A DNA stretch of 64,000 bases from positions 124,001-188,000 of the forward strand of contig NIVC01000031.1 in assembly GCA_002269645.1 (NCBI GenBank), in the 5' to 3' direction. Shown in pieces: positions 58,953 through 64,000 of this stretch. A model generated the notes under the pieces. The model saw nothing but the letters and a program-made list of their open reading frames with translations, did not search any database and was not told where the DNA came from. Position 1 is the first letter of the stretch; each line of letters opens with the position of its first letter. A program made the position numbers and the translations under genes. This DNA comes from Macrostomum lignano. Taxonomy: Eukaryota.

Positions 58953-61305
58953 AGGGAAGGGGGGAGAAAGAGAGAGATATCGAGCGAGTATGAGCAATGA
59001 CGAGTATTTGCTATTGATAAGCAACGCAGGAGTCTTAGGGCATTGCATTCATTTTCATGCTCGAAACAATGCCTAAAAAGCAGTCGAATAAAATAAGGAG
59101 AAAACAACAACAAAAACAAAAACAACAAGGTACTGCTCCCGCCGGCCACGCAGTAGCCAGAAAGGGGGAGCAGTCAGAAAACGCGTCTCTGGGCCATCGC
59201 CCTCAAGAAGTCGCCTCCTGCACGTCTTCGCAAGTCTGCACGTTTGCTTGACCCGGCCCCTATCCAATCGGTTCTGCCAGGTGGCGCTGGAGACCGTGAG
59301 GCCCAATTAGTCCGGGCCCCAGCTGTACCAGGAAGCGCGTTTAGGAGAAAAGCAAAAAATCGTCACAAAGAATCAGAAGTACATGTATGCTGGCAATTGT
59401 AAAACGTCCAATATAAACAGCATTACACCCGCGTTGCAGTTGTTATACGAGTAATAGCTTTTATACGGGACAATTAAGCCTGGCCATGCTGTCGTAAAAC
59501 AAAAAAGACTTCTCTACTTACTGCCTGTGGATCGCTTCGTGTACGAGCCGAACACCTGAACTTCGCATAGGGTCAGGTAGGTCCTCTTGCGACTGCTGAT
59601 CTTCACGATCCTGCCTACTCTGTTGCACTGAACGTCTTCACCTGAAGACGCTGCGAGAGTTGTACGAGACGCACGCGTGACCGTCCACCGTGACAACAAA
59701 GTTTGTGAGTCGATTAGAACAGCAGTCGAGTCTGTTGAAGATCTTGATCTCCTTGATGTGAGCCAGCTTCTGAGTCTTGGCCATCCACCAGCCCTTCTGC
59801 AGCTTCGTGTGAGTGCACGAGTATCCCCAGTAGTACTGGTTGGTGTTTCCGTCGATGGCTCTGCTGCAGACGCCGCTCCAGCCGACAGAGCTCTGAGAGC
59901 AATGGCTCAGAGGCAGCATATCTGCAACCGTTGCATGTTAGATATTAAGACTAAATGTCTGATGACTGACAAGCAGCAAATTGAGTACATGTACTAAAAG
60001 AAAGAAATGAGCGTCTTCGAGACTGACCGGCTCTCTTCTTTTGCTTGATGTACTCTCCGAACACTTCGACCTCGCACAGAGTGAGCCACTTCTTCAGATT
60101 GGTCCTGATGATGACATTCTGACCGACCTTGTCGCACTTGAATCTCTTCACTGAGAAGAACGTGCTGGACCTGTGTCTGGCGCACACCTGTCCGTCCACG
60201 ATGATGTCGAAGTTGTTGAGTCGGTTGGAGCAACAGTCGAGCCTGTTGTAGATAACGACCTCCTTGATGCGAGCGGGTCTGGTAAAGCTTCCTTGCCAGA
60301 ATCCGCTAGGGGATTTAGTGTGGCTGCAAGAGTGCTTCCAGTAGCTCTGGCTTTTGTTTCCGTCCATGGCTCGCTTGCAGACTCCGTTCCAGCCCGTCGA
60401 GGTCTGGAAGCACTTGTTGAAGCTTAGTTTTCCTGGGAATTGGTTTTGATATTTTAACTTAGTTACCCAATTTTTACATGTACTTGTACTCTTTTACATG
60501 TATTTTTACATGTTTCTTGTACTCTTTGTGGGTCTTTCTGGTCGCAGTCATTCGCTCACAGTATAAATTAAGTTACAAGAAATTCTCAAAGCCCAAATTT
60601 GAAATAGGTCACTTGATTTGCGCAACCTACGTCCGCTTCTGCGTGTTGTGTACGCGCCGAAGACCTGAACTTCGCAGAGAGTTAAATAGGTTCTCGCTCG
60701 ACTTCGGATCATCACGGAGCGACCGACGCGGTTGCAGTGGAATGTCTTCACACTGAAGGCGCTGCGAGAATGGTATGAAGCACACTGATGGCCATCCACC
60801 ATCACCACAAAGTTTGTGAGTCGGTTGGCGCAACAGTCAGCTCTGTTATAGATTTTAATCTGTCTGATGTGAGCCAGCTTCTGAGTCTTGGCCACCCACC
60901 AGCCGTGTTCAAGCTTCGTGTGAGTACACGAGTGTCCCCAGTAGTTCCGGTTGGTGTTTCCGTCGATGGCTCTGCCGCAAACGCCTTTCCAGCCAACGGA
61001 GCTCTGAGAGCAATGGCTAAGCTTCAGCATGCCTGAAAATATTTTCAGACATGTTAGTTATATTTGAATGTATAAAACCGTTCATTCGTAGGCATACGTT
61101 GAATGTGAAGTCAGTAATTCATGACTCATGCTACAGCTCATGCTTTCGGACTCGCTTTTTTGACAGTGTTTCTCTGTATGTTATAAAGAAATAAACGAAT
61201 CAAAATTTAGGAGATAAACTTACTGTAGGCAGTTACAGCCTGGAATAGCATCAAAAACAGAAGCCATTGATGGCAAGCCACTTGAAAAGTCGGCCTGCTG
61301 ATCAT
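42451..61305 (-). CDS. Secreted multi-domain lectin 2: signal peptide + 15 F-type lectin domains + WSC domain (~2149 aa if repaired)
   Basis: Exons: SP 61305-61224 (MISRPTFQVACHQWLLFLMLFQAVTAY); FTLD 61032-60631, 60432-60028, 59921-59522 (two 1-bp deletions), 58441-58037, 57929-57528, 52527-52123, 52015-51614, 49313-48909, 48801-48400, 46772-46362, 46043-45633, 45560-45159, 44423-44013, 43694-43284, 43211-42807; WSC 42737-42451. All GT-AG, phase 1. AATAAA at 42402-42397. Confidence 0.9.
47140..48130 (+). mobile_element. Crypton-like tyrosine recombinase relic
   Basis: Fragmented frames give CSVEAIKIHLSKLP and LSKDFTNNSIRST...VSRHEWVDSVTRY, resembling the CPV...YLSKL, TNHSLRAT and SGH..S...Y motifs of Crypton/DUF3504 recombinases. 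Confidence 0.6.
51481..51553. repeat. (CT)n microsatellite
   Basis: Direct. Confidence 0.95.
53193..54991 (-). mobile_element. Mariner (DD34D) DNA transposon with ~178-bp TIRs
   Basis: TA at 53191-53192 then CGAGGG; TIRs 53193-53370 and 54815-54991 with about 5-6 differences, right terminus imperfect. Confidence 0.95.
53510..54595 (-). CDS. Mariner transposase, uninterrupted ORF (~361 aa from MDVNSREG)
   Basis: HTH region, WVPRLL, IVTGDETW, HHDNARPH, HPPYSPDLAPADF; 34 residues between the second and third catalytic Asp. Confidence 0.95.
   Translation of the reverse strand: MDVNSREGQRAAIFTLWKLGKKLSEIYADLCNIHGANAVSRMTVYNWVEQFEAGRTNVADLPRSGRPCTSGSDALTDRILDLLDEDCRLTIRQIADRLDTPSTTVHRCLSRMDFVKLTARWVPRLLTSDLRLQRQQICQANIRMMEEYGGWDLFHRMIVTGDETWIPHFDPPTKRDSQVWMLKGSDPPVKAQRDAHGKKIMLSLFFDCNGPLTVEFLEPNTTINSERYVETLTKLHHDIQNKRRENPRPFILHHDNARPHTAQKTVEAISKLKLHLLPHPPYSPDLAPADFALFPELKRHLKGRVYETRNQIEEEVRRILLYVIPRQLYAEAIKSMFNRWTKCINSGGNYVEKVSVPTEDE
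55600..57390 (+). mobile_element. Internally deleted non-LTR retrotransposon (R1/Jockey/I-like): ORF1 remnant + AP endonuclease start
   Basis: CLQVNLQHRFAAS is a typical APE N-terminus; STRDICV...IASVCLP follows; broken ORF1-like frames upstream at 55770-56272; no RT seen. Confidence 0.7.
58915..58949. repeat. (GA)n microsatellite
   Basis: Direct. Confidence 0.95.
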
Positions 61306-61384
61306 GGTGAACCGTTAGAATCCCTTTTCCAGCCTTTTTACCGCTCGATTCGATCTAAAAGGGTTTTGTCTACGAATTTCGTAT

Positions 61385-61830
61385 CAGCTCAGCTCAACCG
61401 TTGGAGATCGGTTGGCGGATTCTCGCCTTCATAAATACAAGAGGCGCCCTCTCGCCCCCGCAGTTTTGTTGAGCAAACAGCTTTTTCATTGGCAACTCCC
61501 TGACTGTGGGAGCTCCAGCTGGATATCGGCTGTTCTGCTTTCCAGGTGACGCTTATTCCAAAATCGAAAAAAATACTGTCGAAGCAGAAAACTGAAAGAT
61601 GTTCTTGAGTTGAGAAAATTTTCTGTAAAATTTTATTTCTCACAAGCGGAGCGGTTAACAGTCAGATCAGACTAGCTATCGGACAACTGAGCTGTAAAAG
61701 TTGGTTCTCAATCTTGTCCCTCAATTCTTTATTCGCAGATATTGATTTTGATTCGTTGGGAAGATCGAGAGGTTTTGTATAGAAGCAACGGAGTGCAATT
61801 CTCTGTAGTCACTGTGTCTGTGTGTCGAGT
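61385..61830 (-). promoter_or_regulatory. Putative promoter of lectin 2 (TATTTAT at 61437-61431, CCAAT near 61490)
   Basis: Non-coding region alignable with 38466-38900 upstream of lectin 1; TATA-like and CCAAT motifs at plausible spacing. Confidence 0.5.
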
Positions 61831-62599
61831 CCAAACTTCCATGCCAAGCTTCATGCCAAAGAGTGGCGAATCTCTGCCACTCTCCACTCTTCTTACTGAC
61901 ATGAGCAACTGCAGAAGAACGCCCACATATGCATAAGTTTTCAGCTATTTTTCTGGATATTTTATGGACAATAGCAATCTTTTTAAATTCTTGAAATGAC
62001 TTACAGCTGAAAAGAGGGCCCGTGTGGCATCTGGAAGGGACGCGGCTAAATGAGTTAGTAGAAGTTAAAGATTTCTGGGGGCGATTGTCGAAGCGATTTT
62101 CAGTTTAGTGGCAGCAATTGAATGGCTTTGAAACTTTCCTAAGCTGAGATCGATCAATGCGTCGAAATCTTTTTGAATTTTATATCTCCTAATATCTTAG
62201 CTTTGACTGCCAGCAAGGAAGACTTCAGAAGCCGCGAATTCGCTTCAATTAAGCATGACACAATTACTCCTATTTTAGCTCAGCTGGAAATCAGTTAGAC
62301 CCTGCGGCAATTATTTTGTTGTGTACTCTAAAATTCTAGTTTTAAGTGGCAAGTCTTTCAATCTAACATAGTATATACATAGACTTTTTGTTTCTCGCTG
62401 AAAATAGTGACAGCGATCAGTGAACAGGAAATGCTCAAGAAAACAATGCCTAGAATTCTATTCTATTTTCTGTGGTGTGAACAGCGTAGTGTACCAAATT
62501 CTGTACCTGGTCCAGTCTACATATGTACGGAAACATCTTTATAACACACGGAAGTAAACGTGTTAGACAGATACTACGTGTAGTGCATTTATTGCCTTA

Positions 62600-63620
62600 A
62601 TTTTATGTTCAGCGCGCATCGGGGTCTTGATTAATGACGAGCTAGCGTTATTAGATACAGTTTCCACCTGAAAGTCCCAGGAAGTTCAGACATACATGTA
62701 GAGCCAAGATTGGTCGCTCGCCCTCGTAGCCCTTTGGTAGCGGAGAAGCTGGCAGAGATTCTCGGGCCCAGGTAAGTGCAGAGTCTTCCGAGTAAAGTTG
62801 AGGTGCAGTCAGTCACGCACAAGTGTTAGCTGCATTCTCAACACAGCTAGTAGTTGCAGCGCTGGCAATGGATACCTCTCTGGAGGTAATCTCTTTGGAG
62901 CTGAACTGCGTACCGTGGCGCTAGAATAATCGTGCTAACAACACCGATTTGCAACAAAATAATGTAGGAAATATAGGAATTCTTGGCCCTTGACATTCAT
63001 TGAACCCAAGGTAAAACTGCGCTATCAGTAAAGGCGTGACCTCTGGTATGCCTTAATTTGAATGCCATTTAGGCTTTAATGGTGCTCCATGTGTACAATG
63101 TGCCAGAGGTTGGATTTCACCGCCGACGGCGATGCACCATGACAAAAATTATGGCGGTTATTTCAACACTTGACGGCCTATCGGACTTCTTCGAGACATC
63201 ATTTGTGTTGTGTTCCTGTTAGTCCTGCATGGTACTTAACGGGGTGCTATGGAATGGAATGCTCTTCCAACCAACGAAGACCGTTGCGGAGGGTCTCGTC
63301 TGGACAAGCTGGTTGCTGCAGCGAGTTGTTAGCCTGAAGCTATAAGCCCCGCGGTATGCCAGACTCCACGGAGGCTGCGATTTAATGCCCATGGGCAATG
63401 ATGTACACGGGCGACACAATTTTCCCAATCTACAGTTCGTCTACATTTACCTCGAAGGTCTGATTCCCAACATCCGCGCAAGGATCCGCGGAGTCGCTGT
63501 GGGCTTATCTGAGTTGCATTCGTTTCGTGAGCACGGGGCATGCAGTCGTGAGGCGTTACTTCAGGTGATGGTTGAGATCGTCCCGATTCACAACACAATA
63601 AACGTCAAGTACGAGTAAGC
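62600..63620 (+). mobile_element. Possible highly degenerate P/THAP-type transposase relic
   Basis: Only short motifs (RIGVLINDE, FTADGDAP) across broken frames. Confidence 0.3.
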
Positions 63621-64000
63621 TGCCATACAGGACAGATGGTGCATGAGGTGCAGGCAGCTCTCTTCTGCTCTCGAAAGTTTTGAAATTGTTTCGCTAGTCC
63701 GTACAAGAAGGATCGTACTTTACTAAGTGTAAATATACGCTCCTATAATATTCAATAGGTAACTATTAAGCATGGTCTAGGCTAAATCGATATGCAGATC
63801 CTAAGTGCCTATAATAGACTATCTACAATATCCACAGTTCGATCTGCAGCTGTTGTGAAAGGCTCAGAAATGCCAGCTTAACTGGAAAGAAAAATGGATA
63901 TAAAAATATTTAATATTTAAAGAAATTTTATAGAAATGAAAAACATTTTTTTACAAACTATATAGTCTCTATAAGCTTTTGAATGCGACGAAATTGCCAA

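Noticed and set aside
24768-60996. Many repeated short ORFs in alternative or antisense frames of the lectin exons (METPTRTT..., MLSELCR..., MTVHRDHK...)
   Set aside because: Shadows of the conserved lectin exons with no independent coding signal.

Overview
Eukaryotic (invertebrate metazoan) genomic DNA with GT-AG introns, many minisatellites and transposon relics. The style resembles a Macrostomum-type flatworm assembly, but that is an inference. The left third holds three spliced genes: an uncharacterised TBC-like gene (minus strand, runs off the window), a head-to-head TLC-domain (TLCD1/2-like) gene, and a GGT7-like gene with no Thr at the nucleophile position. From 24.3 to 61.3 kb lie two tandem minus-strand paralogues of a secreted multi-lectin: signal peptide + 8 or 15 F-type lectin (fucolectin) domains + one C-terminal WSC domain. 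Each lectin domain is a single phase 1-1 exon, and each ends in a linker with a dibasic KR/RR site, which suggests a convertase-processed lectin polyprotein built from modular cassettes. The lectin introns carry an intact-ORF mariner with long TIRs, RNase H LINE fragments, a Penelope-like end with a hammerhead ribozyme and a nested SINE, and Gypsy, Crypton and R1/Jockey-like relics. All exon coordinates were read by hand and family calls rest on motif recognition; no database searches were run.
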